A stretch of DNA of 43,368 nt from a virus: UHGV virus genome UHGV-1382693, one strand, 5' to 3'. A program made the position numbers and the translations under genes. The notes beneath the pieces are model-generated. The model was not told the DNA's origin. It saw nothing but the letters and a program-made list of their open reading frames with translations, and did not search any database. This document shows positions 34,218-43,368 of this stretch, in pieces. Position 1 is the first letter of the stretch; each line of letters begins with the position of its first letter.

Positions 34218-36683
34218 GTGATATCTTTGCAACCTGATGGAACTGTATTAATAGATACTAAAATCAAAACGGATGGTGCAAAAACAGGAAGCGAAGATAT
34301 CAAAAGAACGCTATCCGGCACAATGGATTATATAAAATTGCTACCTCAGGCTTTTAAGGATATTCCAGGCATTATGAAACATACATTTTCATCTGCTTCT
34401 AAATCCATACAAAGTCTTGCTCCAAGTGTACGCAATTTGCAAGATGAGGTGGACCAATATAAAGATGCATTGTATTACGCTGAAAAGGCTGGTTATGGAC
34501 TTGGCGATGCGCCATATGACAAGGCATTAGCAGGATTGCAGCGGGCTAAAAAAGCAATGCAGGATTACAAGAAAAAGTTGCTCGGTGTTAATAATGAACA
34601 AAAGAAGGCAAGCAAAAGTGGAAGTAAGCTCAATAAATCATTAAAAGGTACTGAGAAAGCATCCCGAGGTGCACGAATGGGATTGGGCCGAATGCTTGCA
34701 ACATCTATCTTATTTAGCACTGTATTCCGTGCCATTTCCGCAGTAACGGGCGGATTAAAAGAAGGTATGGATAATCTGGCCCAGTATTCAGATGATACCA
34801 ATAAAGCGTTATCCATGCTGATGTCCAGTATGACCCAGCTTAAAAACTCTTTTGGCACAGCCTTTTCTCCGTTGGTGGAATACGCAGCTCCGGCCCTAGC
34901 ACAGTTTATCAATTTGCTATCCCAAGCCGTTACCTGGACGGCGCAACTGCTGGCAGCATTAACCGGGAAGGATACATTTGTTAAAGCGGTTAAGGTCCAG
35001 CAGAATTACGCGGACAGTCTGGACAAAACCAAAGACGAAACAAAAGATGCAGCCAAAGAAACAGAAAAAGCATTAGCGCCATTTGATAAACTGATACAGA
35101 TTACAACGGGAAAGAAAAAAAGCGAAGATAAGAACGAGCTTAAACCTGAGGATATGTTTACCACCGAGGAAGTATCCAACGATATTAAGTTGCAGGCCGA
35201 AGCGATAAAGAATACGCTTGGGAAACTGTTCGACCCGCTTAAGGAGTCATGGCTTGAAAATGGTCCACAGGTAATGAGTTCGTTGCAAAATACATTCTCT
35301 GCTATTAAACAGCTTGCAAGTGATGTAGGTGCATCATTCATGCAGGTGTGGAACGCAGAGGGATATGGGAAAGCAATTACAGATAATTTACTTATAAGTT
35401 TTTCTAACTTGTCTGATACAGTTGGTATACTTGCAACTAAATTTGATGAAGCATGGACACAGGGAGACAGGGGAACCAGTATTATGCGGCATCTTGGAGA
35501 TATTGCATTAACTGTTTCTGATTTTATACGAAAAGCAACAGAAAGTATTAAAGAGTGGTCTAAAACTATTGATTTTTCTCCTCTTTTGGAAAGTTTTGAC
35601 CGTGTACTGGTTGCTCTTAACCCAATTGTGAATACTGTTGGCAATTTATTGCTTTGGTTATTAGAAAATGTACTTGAACCTATTGCTAAATGGGCGATAG
35701 AACAAGCGATTCCAGCAGTATTTAATTTAATTGCAGCCGCCTTAAAAGCTTTAAATAGTGTTATTATTGCGCTTAAGCCAATGGGAATATGGTTGTGGGA
35801 AAATTTTTTAAAGCCACTTGGAGAATGGACAGGAGACATTATTATAACCGCATTGGAAAAAATTTCAGAGTGGCTTGAAAAGTTTTCAGAGTGGGTTAAT
35901 AAGAATCAATCATTGGTTGAAAATATTACATTAGCTATAGTAACCTTTTTTGCAGCTTGGAAATTTGAAGAATTTGTTTCTGGAGTAAAATCTATGATAA
36001 ATACGTTGGGAGGGGCAAAAGGTCTTATACAAACACTTTCAACATTGGCATCAAAACTTGATTTTACTAGGCTCAAATTTGCAGGAATGGCTACGGCTAT
36101 AACTGTTTTAGTAAAAGCAATATATGATATATATAAAAATTGGGATAAGATGTCTCCATCTGAGAAGGTTATATCTAGTATTTTAGCTGCGGCATCAGCA
36201 ATAGCAATTTTGGCTGTTGCTGTAGGTTCCCTTTCTGGTCCGGCAATGGCTGTTGCTATTGGATTTGCAATTGCAGCAGGAATTGCTGCATCCACTATAG
36301 CATCTAATGCTGGTAAGCGTGCTGCATCTGCCGGATATTCTGGTGGGTATGGAGGAAGAAGTGCCTATCCCATGTCTGCCTATGCAGCAGTCCCATATAA
36401 AATGCCAATGCTTGCAACCGGAACAGTAGTACCACCACGGGCTGGAATGTTTGCTGCTATCTTGGGAGATAACAACCGTGAAACAGAAGTGGTATCCCCT
36501 TTGTCAACTATGAAGCAAGCTCTCAAAGAAGCTTTGGCAGAGAGCAATAAATCTAGCAGAAACCAGATTGCTAAAGCAGATCTAATACTTGATGGTACAA
36601 GATTTGGTCAGCTTGTAGTCAAATTCGGAAACAACGAAAAGAATCGTGTAGGTGTAAGAATGGTAACGGAAGGAAGCGTATAA
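34218..36683 (+). CDS. Tail tape measure protein
   Basis: 821 aa, helical. C-terminal hydrophobic Ala/Ile-rich segments. Confidence 0.85.
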   Translation: MISLQPDGTVLIDTKIKTDGAKTGSEDIKRTLSGTMDYIKLLPQAFKDIPGIMKHTFSSASKSIQSLAPSVRNLQDEVDQYKDALYYAEKAGYGLGDAPYDKALAGLQRAKKAMQDYKKKLLGVNNEQKKASKSGSKLNKSLKGTEKASRGARMGLGRMLATSILFSTVFRAISAVTGGLKEGMDNLAQYSDDTNKALSMLMSSMTQLKNSFGTAFSPLVEYAAPALAQFINLLSQAVTWTAQLLAALTGKDTFVKAVKVQQNYADSLDKTKDETKDAAKETEKALAPFDKLIQITTGKKKSEDKNELKPEDMFTTEEVSNDIKLQAEAIKNTLGKLFDPLKESWLENGPQVMSSLQNTFSAIKQLASDVGASFMQVWNAEGYGKAITDNLLISFSNLSDTVGILATKFDEAWTQGDRGTSIMRHLGDIALTVSDFIRKATESIKEWSKTIDFSPLLESFDRVLVALNPIVNTVGNLLLWLLENVLEPIAKWAIEQAIPAVFNLIAAALKALNSVIIALKPMGIWLWENFLKPLGEWTGDIIITALEKISEWLEKFSEWVNKNQSLVENITLAIVTFFAAWKFEEFVSGVKSMINTLGGAKGLIQTLSTLASKLDFTRLKFAGMATAITVLVKAIYDIYKNWDKMSPSEKVISSILAAASAIAILAVAVGSLSGPAMAVAIGFAIAAGIAASTIASNAGKRAASAGYSGGYGGRSAYPMSAYAAVPYKMPMLATGTVVPPRAGMFAAILGDNNRETEVVSPLSTMKQALKEALAESNKSSRNQIAKADLILDGTRFGQLVVKFGNNEKNRVGVRMVTEGSV

Positions 36684-37093
36684 TGGCACAGAATGTGGAC
36701 GGAGTATTTACCATAGACGGAGTTAATCTTCGCCTATGGGTGAAATCCTTAAAGCGAAATTTTTCGGTCACAGATAGTGAAAATTCTGGGCGTGTGCAGT
36801 CTCGCCGGATGCATCGTGATATTATTGGTACATTTTATAATTACACTCTCGATATTGATGCAGAAAGAAGTAATCCAGCTGACTATGATACATTTTATGA
36901 AATTATCTCCGCCCCGGTTCAATATCACAACATGATATTTCCATATGGTCAAGTAACCAAAGAATTTGAAGCATACATAACGAGCGGGGATGATGAATTA
37001 AAAATCAACAAAAACGGAAAAGAAGGTGAGCGTAACCATTGGACCGGGTTATCCATTACCTTTACCGCTATGGAGCCGCAGAGGAGGCCGTGA
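36683..37093 (+). CDS. Distal tail protein (Dit)-like
   Basis: Directly after the tape measure gene. TAATG coupling. Confidence 0.5.
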   Translation: MAQNVDGVFTIDGVNLRLWVKSLKRNFSVTDSENSGRVQSRRMHRDIIGTFYNYTLDIDAERSNPADYDTFYEIISAPVQYHNMIFPYGQVTKEFEAYITSGDDELKINKNGKEGERNHWTGLSITFTAMEPQRRP

Positions 37094-37094
37094 T

Positions 37095-38888
37095 GTGTTT
37101 TTAAAGCAATCCATATTATCTGACGCAGAACAGAATACTGAGGGATTAAAGATTGTTTATGACGACTTGGCCCCTTATGCCAAAGAAAATAGTACAGCAT
37201 CCATTACAAGGCCTGGATTAAGACCGAGAATAGGGCTTCATCCAGGCCCTGGTTTACATCCGCATGGGACAATAATAGAGCAGGAATTTCCAGAATTAAA
37301 GCGAGATGATATTTCTTATCCCGGATATGCTCTATGCTTTCCACGGTTTTCTCTGCTTAATGGAAAGTATATCAATTTTCCAGATAGTCCACTTCCGTAT
37401 GGATATATAAGTCCAGAAGTATCAAATGAACAAGGATTGTTCGGATATGTTAAGCAAATACAAGGACTTAAGCCCCAAATAGGTTTGCATCCAGGAATGT
37501 TTTTATATCCTAAATCAACAACTGAAAAGATAATTGAATCCCCCATGCTTACAGTAACCTTTAATCAAAAATTCACCAGTGTAGGATTGCTCTTTACTTT
37601 TAATATGATGTCTGGAGATTATTGTACACGAATGAGAGTAAAGTGGTACTCGGATAATAACCTCTTGTCAGATATGGAGTTTTCCCCGGATTCAGTTAGA
37701 TATTTTTGTAATAATTATGTGAGAGGATATAGCAAACTGGAAATCACGTTTTTGCAGACATCAAAACCCATAAGGCCAGTATTTGTTACCAGAATAGATT
37801 ATGGTATATACCGTGATTTTCTAGATAACGAATTATTGGAAAGAAACTGTTTGCAAGAAATCAATGCAATATCAGAAAGCATAAGTATTAACACATTAAA
37901 TTTCACGGTCAGGACAACATCCAATATACCGTTTGATTTACAGAAAAAGCAGAAACTTACTTTATATTTCAACGGTGAGCTTATAGGAAATTTTTATCTT
38001 AAAAACGGTGCCAGGAAAAACAAAACGGATTACCATATGGACGCGCATGATGCAGTGGGCGTATTGGATGGCAATGAATTCGCTGGAGGAATATATACAG
38101 GCCAGCCGGTTTCTGAAGTATTAGAGAAAATATTTGAGAATGAAGATTTTAATTATTTGTTGGATGAATCATTTTCAGATATTCCTCTTTATGGATACAT
38201 ACCATATACCACAAAGAGAAACGCATTAGTATACATATGCTTTGCTATTGGAGCTATTGCAGATACAAGCAATTACGATGGAATTGTTATCTATCCGCAA
38301 GAAAATGCTTTGAGTGGTGAATTTTTGAATGATGAAGTATTTTCTGGGGTTACATTGGAGCATTCTGATATTGTCACTGGAATCCGGCTAACAGTTCATA
38401 CATATCAAAAATCGGATGAGGCACAAGAACTATATAATGATACTTTGAATGGAACAGCAGAGGTTATTTTTAGTGAGCCTTATCATAGTCTGGAGATAAC
38501 TGGCGGAACCATTGGTCAGTTTGGTGATAACTATGCTTACATAACCGGAACCGGTGTAAATGTAATACTAACCGGAAAGAAATACAACCATCTTACCACA
38601 TCAATACTTAAAGAGAATCCCGATATTGTGTTTAACAAAAATATTCGCGAAGTAACAGATGCAACGTTGGTGAACAATGGTAATGCTCAGCAAGTGCTTG
38701 AACGTGTATATGCATATTATCAGCGAGCAGAAAATGTTGTGGGAGATGTACTTATTGGAAACAAAAAATTGGGACAGAAAGTTAAGATTGATACAGATTA
38801 CGATGGATACCGCACCGGTATCATTGAGAGCTACAATTATAGTTTTTCTCCAAACGAAATTAAGGCAGAGGTAAAAATACATGAGTAA
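37095..38888 (+). CDS. Tail-associated / tail-tip protein (Tal-like minor structural protein)
   Basis: ~597 aa after Dit. GTG 7 nt after GAGGAGG. Confidence 0.6.
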   Translation: MFLKQSILSDAEQNTEGLKIVYDDLAPYAKENSTASITRPGLRPRIGLHPGPGLHPHGTIIEQEFPELKRDDISYPGYALCFPRFSLLNGKYINFPDSPLPYGYISPEVSNEQGLFGYVKQIQGLKPQIGLHPGMFLYPKSTTEKIIESPMLTVTFNQKFTSVGLLFTFNMMSGDYCTRMRVKWYSDNNLLSDMEFSPDSVRYFCNNYVRGYSKLEITFLQTSKPIRPVFVTRIDYGIYRDFLDNELLERNCLQEINAISESISINTLNFTVRTTSNIPFDLQKKQKLTLYFNGELIGNFYLKNGARKNKTDYHMDAHDAVGVLDGNEFAGGIYTGQPVSEVLEKIFENEDFNYLLDESFSDIPLYGYIPYTTKRNALVYICFAIGAIADTSNYDGIVIYPQENALSGEFLNDEVFSGVTLEHSDIVTGIRLTVHTYQKSDEAQELYNDTLNGTAEVIFSEPYHSLEITGGTIGQFGDNYAYITGTGVNVILTGKKYNHLTTSILKENPDIVFNKNIREVTDATLVNNGNAQQVLERVYAYYQRAENVVGDVLIGNKKLGQKVKIDTDYDGYRTGIIESYNYSFSPNEIKAEVKIHE

Positions 38889-39321
38889 GTATTTAGAATC
38901 CCTTATTTTTGACCGTACACAGACAGACATAATAAAATTGACCGACAAAGCCTACATTGATTATAAAGACCTCAACCGAATCGAACAGGCGATTAAATGG
39001 GTATCTTATGTTTTAAACCAGTATGGATATAGAAATATAACAAACAACAAGCTAAATTGGAAACCGGAGGACCATAGGACGGATAAAGAAATGGAACGTC
39101 TAAGAAAAAATATAGTTGCAATAAGAAACGCGTACTATACAGGTGATAGCACTCCCCTTACCCCAGATAAGATAACATACACATCAATTTATCAGGCCAA
39201 TGCCATAGAAAAAATCATTTATGATTTAGGTAATTTGATTGAAAAGTCCTATCCGGGTCCTCAATATTTGTCGTTTAAATTGGGAACCAAAGTTATAGGA
39301 AACAGAGGTATTAATCTATGA
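38881..39321 (+). CDS. Baseplate/tail accessory protein, hypothetical
   Basis: Coupled start. AT-rich. Confidence 0.5.
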   Translation: MSKYLESLIFDRTQTDIIKLTDKAYIDYKDLNRIEQAIKWVSYVLNQYGYRNITNNKLNWKPEDHRTDKEMERLRKNIVAIRNAYYTGDSTPLTPDKITYTSIYQANAIEKIIYDLGNLIEKSYPGPQYLSFKLGTKVIGNRGINL

Positions 39322-39794
39322 ATTTAAAAACAAATTTTAAAAATGACAAATTTTCTGGATTACGAAAATATAAGATGACCACAGATGCGTCAACCGGCCT
39401 AACAACGCTTGAAGATAAAACAGAGTATCAAGAAATAGGAGACATTTTTTCGGCTGCTGATATTAACGAAACCAATAAGGCTGTATTACAAAACAACTCA
39501 GAAATCCAAGATATCAAAGGTATAAAAAGGATTATGGTCCCTTCGGCAAATTGGAGCACCTCTGTCCCATATTCTCAGACAGTGGGTGTTCCGGGAGCAA
39601 AAGAGAACATAGGGCTTATTATTGGTGGTCCATATTTAGGGGATAAACCAAGCGCAAGCGTAGCCAGAGAGAGAAAAAAGGCTTTTGGATATGTCGATAG
39701 TGCTGAGAGTGGAAATGGAATTGTCACACTATATTGCTATGGCTCTAAACCATCAACTGATTTTCAAATTCTTGTAAAAGGGGCAGGAAACTAG
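39318..39794 (+). CDS. Tail accessory protein, hypothetical
   Basis: ATGA coupling. Confidence 0.5.
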   Translation: MNLKTNFKNDKFSGLRKYKMTTDASTGLTTLEDKTEYQEIGDIFSAADINETNKAVLQNNSEIQDIKGIKRIMVPSANWSTSVPYSQTVGVPGAKENIGLIIGGPYLGDKPSASVARERKKAFGYVDSAESGNGIVTLYCYGSKPSTDFQILVKGAGN

Positions 39795-39795
39795 T

Positions 39796-40200
39796 ATGGC
39801 AGAATGTATACTATATAACGGCGGTATGTTTAACAACGATTATCTTACTGCGAAACCAGAAGATGTCAAATATGGACAGACTTTTATTGGTGCAGGAACA
39901 GAAAATACACAAGAAGGAACTATGCCTACTTATTACAATGTGGAACATGATTTTCCCATTAACGGAAAGTTTTCTATTCCAGAAGGGTATTTTGTTTCAA
40001 TAACATTAAAACAAGATATTCCAACATTGGGAGCACAATACGTTGACCCTTCCATCAATGGAACAACGGCTGGAGTTAAAGGAACATATATGACTGGAAA
40101 TGTTTTTGTTGGTGGGATATCGGGGATTTCAAGCGCTGTGATAAAAAAGGGAGTTAAAATAGGTCCATATATTGGGACATTTGAGGGATGGGTTGATTAA
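39796..40200 (+). CDS. Tail fibre / receptor-binding protein paralog 1
   Basis: Shares its N-terminal ~110 aa with 40203-41138 (MA[ED]CI..NGG...GTMP...IPTLG.QYV.PS...G.YM.G.VFV). Confidence 0.55.
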   Translation: MAECILYNGGMFNNDYLTAKPEDVKYGQTFIGAGTENTQEGTMPTYYNVEHDFPINGKFSIPEGYFVSITLKQDIPTLGAQYVDPSINGTTAGVKGTYMTGNVFVGGISGISSAVIKKGVKIGPYIGTFEGWVD

Positions 40201-40202
40201 AA

Positions 40203-41138
40203 ATGGCTGATTGCATAATTAAAAAAAATGGAGCTAATGCAGATACAAGTGATTTAACTTCTCTTCCATCGAGCGTAAAAAAAGGAAAAATATTCTTAGG
40301 CCGTGGAAGTGATGATGAACAAATCGGAACAATGCCAATTATACACCCTGAAAAGCATGAACTACAATTAAATCAGACTCTGTCTTTGGGAGAAGGGTTT
40401 TATGAAGCGGGTAGCACAGTAACACAAAATATACCTACACTAGGTAATCAGTACGTTGTTCCAAGCGCGGATTTGCAAACAGTAGAAACAACTGGTAAAT
40501 ATATGGCAGGCGACGTTTTTGTTGAAAGCCTCCCAAATCTTATTGCATCAAATATAAAAAAGAATGTAGTCATTAGGGTAGGAGACACAACTATTGTAGG
40601 AACTTACGAAGGATATGAAAATGACGACCCATATACGCCATATTACAATGGTGTGTTTGCTCCTGGACAATCAATAAGCTCTTTTCCTTCCTTTGGGCGC
40701 AAAGGAGGACCGTACTATAAAGGGGACGTAACCTTTGGACGGGATAACATCCATATCGAAAACCCTCTTAGCACAGATTATGTAACAACGGCAATTGTAT
40801 TTAATGTTCCTCTTAACTTTGATAATATCAACCGAATAACGTTAAAATATTCCCTCGCCAACGCATCTGGTGGGTGTGAAATGATTCTGGCTACTGGATA
40901 TGTTAGTGATTACATATATATGCGAGCTTCCAGCGGTTCTGGAAAAGATTATAATACTGGACTGGGAGATTATTGGAGAAGAGAGATACCAAATACATCG
41001 GGCAATTTAAAAACGAATAGTTTTGATGTATCCAATATTACCGGAACACGATTTATATATATATCGCTATTTATGCGGACCACAGCAAGTACATCAGTTG
41101 TCAATATGACATTAAGGGAATTAAAATGCAGCATATAG
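40203..41138 (+). CDS. Tail fibre / receptor-binding protein paralog 2 (longer C-terminal domain)
   Basis: N-terminal homology to the previous gene. Beta-rich C-terminus. Confidence 0.55.
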   Translation: MADCIIKKNGANADTSDLTSLPSSVKKGKIFLGRGSDDEQIGTMPIIHPEKHELQLNQTLSLGEGFYEAGSTVTQNIPTLGNQYVVPSADLQTVETTGKYMAGDVFVESLPNLIASNIKKNVVIRVGDTTIVGTYEGYENDDPYTPYYNGVFAPGQSISSFPSFGRKGGPYYKGDVTFGRDNIHIENPLSTDYVTTAIVFNVPLNFDNINRITLKYSLANASGGCEMILATGYVSDYIYMRASSGSGKDYNTGLGDYWRREIPNTSGNLKTNSFDVSNITGTRFIYISLFMRTTASTSVVNMTLRELKCSI

Positions 41139-41147
41139 GAGGAGAGC

Positions 41148-41636
41148 ATGGCAATAAATGATTTAGAAAAAATGGACAACTATAATCCAACTAATTATGT
41201 AAATAATTCTGAACCGGATATTGATGCTGAACATCTTAATAAAACAGAAAATAAACTGGAAGAAACTGTTGAAAAAGCTAATGAAATAATTGATACACTA
41301 AAAGCATTAATTTCAACCGTTCAAACAAATTCACAAACCACAGTTCCGTCATCCTCGCTGGTCTATTCGATGCAGCAAGCAATCACAAAAAATACGGATG
41401 ATATTGCTACTGCAAATAGCAATTTAGCAAAAACTAATGCAAAGGTGACTTTAAACGGCGTCAAGAACATTAATGGTTTTACAGCCGTGTATTCTGACCG
41501 AACTGACCGGGCATTCCAGCTATATTATGATAACGGTGAGATTGCGTCAATCGCATTTAACAACACCGGTATCTGGTATGATTTTTATGACGGACGAAAC
41601 TGGAAGCAGGTTTGGAAATTTAATAAGCCATCATAA
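41148..41636 (+). CDS. Coiled-coil tail fibre-associated protein
   Basis: AGGAGGAG RBS. Helical N-terminus, beta-rich C-terminus. Confidence 0.55.
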   Translation: MAINDLEKMDNYNPTNYVNNSEPDIDAEHLNKTENKLEETVEKANEIIDTLKALISTVQTNSQTTVPSSSLVYSMQQAITKNTDDIATANSNLAKTNAKVTLNGVKNINGFTAVYSDRTDRAFQLYYDNGEIASIAFNNTGIWYDFYDGRNWKQVWKFNKPS

Positions 41637-41639
41637 TAA

Positions 41640-42023
41640 TCATTTTGTGCTGAAGGCATATAGGTTCGTAAGGTTTGGAACTTGACTGTTATAACCAATA
41701 AATCGTACGGTATCACCTTTACGCACAGAAAACCATATAGGCATTGACGAATTGACTGTGACATCATTATTGACCCAAAAAATATTTATCCCATTTATAA
41801 GTACATTACAACCCTGAGCTGAGATGTTAAAACCAATGGAACCACAAACTATACAATCCTCTGTAGCTGCCCAACTTGTACCGTTAGCAAACCCATCTTT
41901 AATTTTTTTGCTGGTGTCTATGTATGGTAAATTGCTATTTGCTATATAAAAACCATATCCACGAAAGGAGTCAAATGAACCAATTAAAATTATCAAACAA
42001 CACAAAATACGACTTAATAACAA
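41640..42023 (-). CDS. Reverse-strand ORF (127 aa), candidate moron
   Basis: Fills a 338-nt gap between + strand genes with protein-like beta-rich sequence. No clear RBS. Overlaps the next + gene by ~49 nt. Confidence 0.35.
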   Translation of the reverse strand: MLLSRILCCLIILIGSFDSFRGYGFYIANSNLPYIDTSKKIKDGFANGTSWAATEDCIVCGSIGFNISAQGCNVLINGINIFWVNNDVTVNSSMPIWFSVRKGDTVRFIGYNSQVPNLTNLYAFSTK

Positions 42024-42388
42024 ACGGGGTGGAAGAATCAGGAGATTACCTAACCCTTTCGTTTCTTCCCGGCCTAGACAGTTTTGAAACAGTAGAAGTA
42101 GAATTCAATGTGACAAACACAGAAAAAATTTACATACTTGGTTTGAATGGTCAGCCGATGGAAGTAAAAACAGGATTTACCCGGTTGGTGGAGATGCAAA
42201 AGAAAATGGATTATGCCATATCCTATGAAACAGTAAATACCGGAACCGAAGAAGCGCCGAATTATGAAACCAAGGAAGTGAAGGATACCGTTATGGTAGT
42301 TAAACTTCGTAGGCCAGATATCCGGGATACAGTACAGACCTTGCAAGATACAGTGGATGCAATGATTTTAAGTCAGTTGGAGGTGTAA
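41975..42388 (+). CDS. Hypothetical protein (XkdW-position)
   Basis: AAAGGAG + 6 nt + ATG. Confidence 0.55.
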   Translation: MNQLKLSNNTKYDLITNGVEESGDYLTLSFLPGLDSFETVEVEFNVTNTEKIYILGLNGQPMEVKTGFTRLVEMQKKMDYAISYETVNTGTEEAPNYETKEVKDTVMVVKLRRPDIRDTVQTLQDTVDAMILSQLEV

Positions 42389-42389
42389 T

Positions 42390-42515
42390 ATGTATACAAC
42401 GTTAAAAAGATTATATAACAATGGTAAAGGTCCATTAACTATTGATGAGCTTAACCGGGCTGTATTACTTGGATGGATTACAGAGCAACAGAAGAACAGC
42501 ATAATTGGAGGATGA
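42390..42515 (+). CDS. XkdX-family small protein
   Basis: MYTTLKRLYNNGKGPLTIDELNRAVLLGWITEQQKNSI matches the XkdX pattern. GGAGGTG RBS. Confidence 0.6.
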   Translation: MYTTLKRLYNNGKGPLTIDELNRAVLLGWITEQQKNSIIGG

Positions 42516-42517
42516 TT

Positions 42518-43258
42518 ATGAGAGATATCACATTGTGCCATCCACGTTTGCAGCTTTTAGCAGGTCAATTGGTGGATGAATGTAATAAACAGGGATTAAA
42601 AATTAAGATAGGCGAAACTCTGCGTACTGTAGCAGAGCAGGATGATTTATATGCCCAGGGCAGGACTAAACCGGGCAACATTGTAACTAATGCGCCCGGT
42701 AGCAGCTATAGCTCCTATCATCAGTGGGGGACTGCTTTTGATATCTTTCGCAATGATGGGACCGGAGCTTACAACGAATCTGATGGTTTTTTTAACCGTG
42801 TAGGTGCTATTGGTGTATCTCTTGGCCTGGAGTGGGGAGGAAATTGGAAATCCATTATGGACAAGCCACATTTTCAGCTTCCAGATTGGGGGAGCAGCAC
42901 ATCTGGAATTAAAAAGCTTTACCGTACACCGGATGAATTTATGAAAACCTGGGTGACAGAGGAACGCACTGGCTGGATTAAGGACAATAACGGCTGGTGG
43001 TACCGCAGACCAGATGGAACTTACCCGGCTAATAAGTGGTGTATCATAAATCACCATTGGTACTTATTTAATAAGGATGGTTATGCTTGCACGAGCTGGC
43101 ACCGCTGGAATGGCAGCACATGTGACCCGGTTGACGGTTCGGGAGATTGGTATTACTTTGACCCGACACCAAACGGACCGTTTGAGGGAGCCTGCTGGCA
43201 TAGTCAGGATAATGGGGCGCTGGAAATCTGGTACATAGAGGATTCTAACTCAATATAA
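42518..43258 (+). CDS. Endolysin: M15 (VanY-like) peptidase + C-terminal cell-wall-binding repeats
   Basis: SYHQWGTAFD and DKPHFQL resemble M15 zinc-peptidase motifs. The C-terminus carries GW..DNNGWWY-type repeats. GGAGG RBS. Confidence 0.8.
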   Translation: MRDITLCHPRLQLLAGQLVDECNKQGLKIKIGETLRTVAEQDDLYAQGRTKPGNIVTNAPGSSYSSYHQWGTAFDIFRNDGTGAYNESDGFFNRVGAIGVSLGLEWGGNWKSIMDKPHFQLPDWGSSTSGIKKLYRTPDEFMKTWVTEERTGWIKDNNGWWYRRPDGTYPANKWCIINHHWYLFNKDGYACTSWHRWNGSTCDPVDGSGDWYYFDPTPNGPFEGACWHSQDNGALEIWYIEDSNSI

Positions 43259-43307
43259 AAGCGCCAGATTTTTACACTGACGCTTCTATAAATATTATAC
43301 CATCTTC

Positions 43308-43336
43308 GGAAATATGCAACACGAAATGCAACAAGG
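43308..43336. repeat. attR: Putative attR core (ggaaatATGCAACACGAaatgcaacaagg)
   Basis: Direct repeat of 137-164, located 50 nt after the endolysin stop. Confidence 0.7.
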
Positions 43337-43368
43337 AGCCTGGAAACCGCATAAAACCGTTGTATTTT

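Larger units (their letters stand above)
137..43336. mobile_element. Integrated temperate siphovirus-like prophage (~43.2 kb) with int-proximal attL and lysin-proximal attR
   Basis: Complete lysogeny, replication, packaging, head, tail and lysis modules in canonical order. The element is flanked by a 17/17 (1 mismatch) direct repeat that extends imperfectly to ~28 nt. Confidence 0.85.

Noticed and set aside
34565-36295. Several - strand ORFs within the tape measure gene
   Set aside because: Antisense artefacts of a long Ala/Lys-rich helical gene.

Overview
This window is almost entirely one ~43.2 kb temperate siphovirus-like prophage of a low-GC Gram-positive host (Clostridia-like codon usage, GGAGG ribosome-binding sites). 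It is bounded by imperfect direct repeats (att core ATATGCAACACGA) at 137-164 and 43308-43336. The order of modules on the + strand is as follows.

- **Lysogeny end:** tyrosine integrase (-), two paralogous membrane 'moron' genes (-), a CI-like XRE repressor (-), a repeat-rich operator/promoter switch, a Cro-like regulator and a KilAC antirepressor.
- **Early region:** a protein with a 24-bp x ~24 in-frame tandem repeat.
- **Replication and recombination genes:** HD hydrolase, Rad52/Sak-like annealing protein, HNH nuclease, C5-methyltransferase-like protein, Hjc-like resolvase, DnaD-like replisome organiser with internal iterons plus an AT-rich stretch (putative ori), and a DnaC-like loader.
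- **Small genes before packaging,** including a tandem-HTH regulator.
- **Packaging and head:** TerS, TerL, an AT-rich moron, portal and a MuF-like head morphogenesis protein.
- **First inserted island (~5.4 kb):** papain-like peptidase, membrane protein, sigma-70 region-4-only protein, terminators, six low-complexity (P/Q-, G/M-, Cys-, A/G-rich) proteins, a convergent three-gene XRE operon with an operator in its promoter spacer, and a Com-like zinc ribbon.
- **Capsid:** scaffold, major capsid protein and head-tail connector.
- **Second small island:** HExxH protein, holin-like protein, a 213-aa protein and an AT-rich protein.
- **Tail and lysis:** neck and tail genes, tape measure, Dit/Tal-like proteins, two paralogous fibre genes, an XkdX-like protein and an M15 peptidase endolysin with cell-wall-binding repeats.

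No rRNA or CRISPR array was seen. The only RNA-gene-like sequence is a possible tRNA 3' end at the extreme left edge. Product calls are motif-level recognition from the translated ORFs, not database hits.
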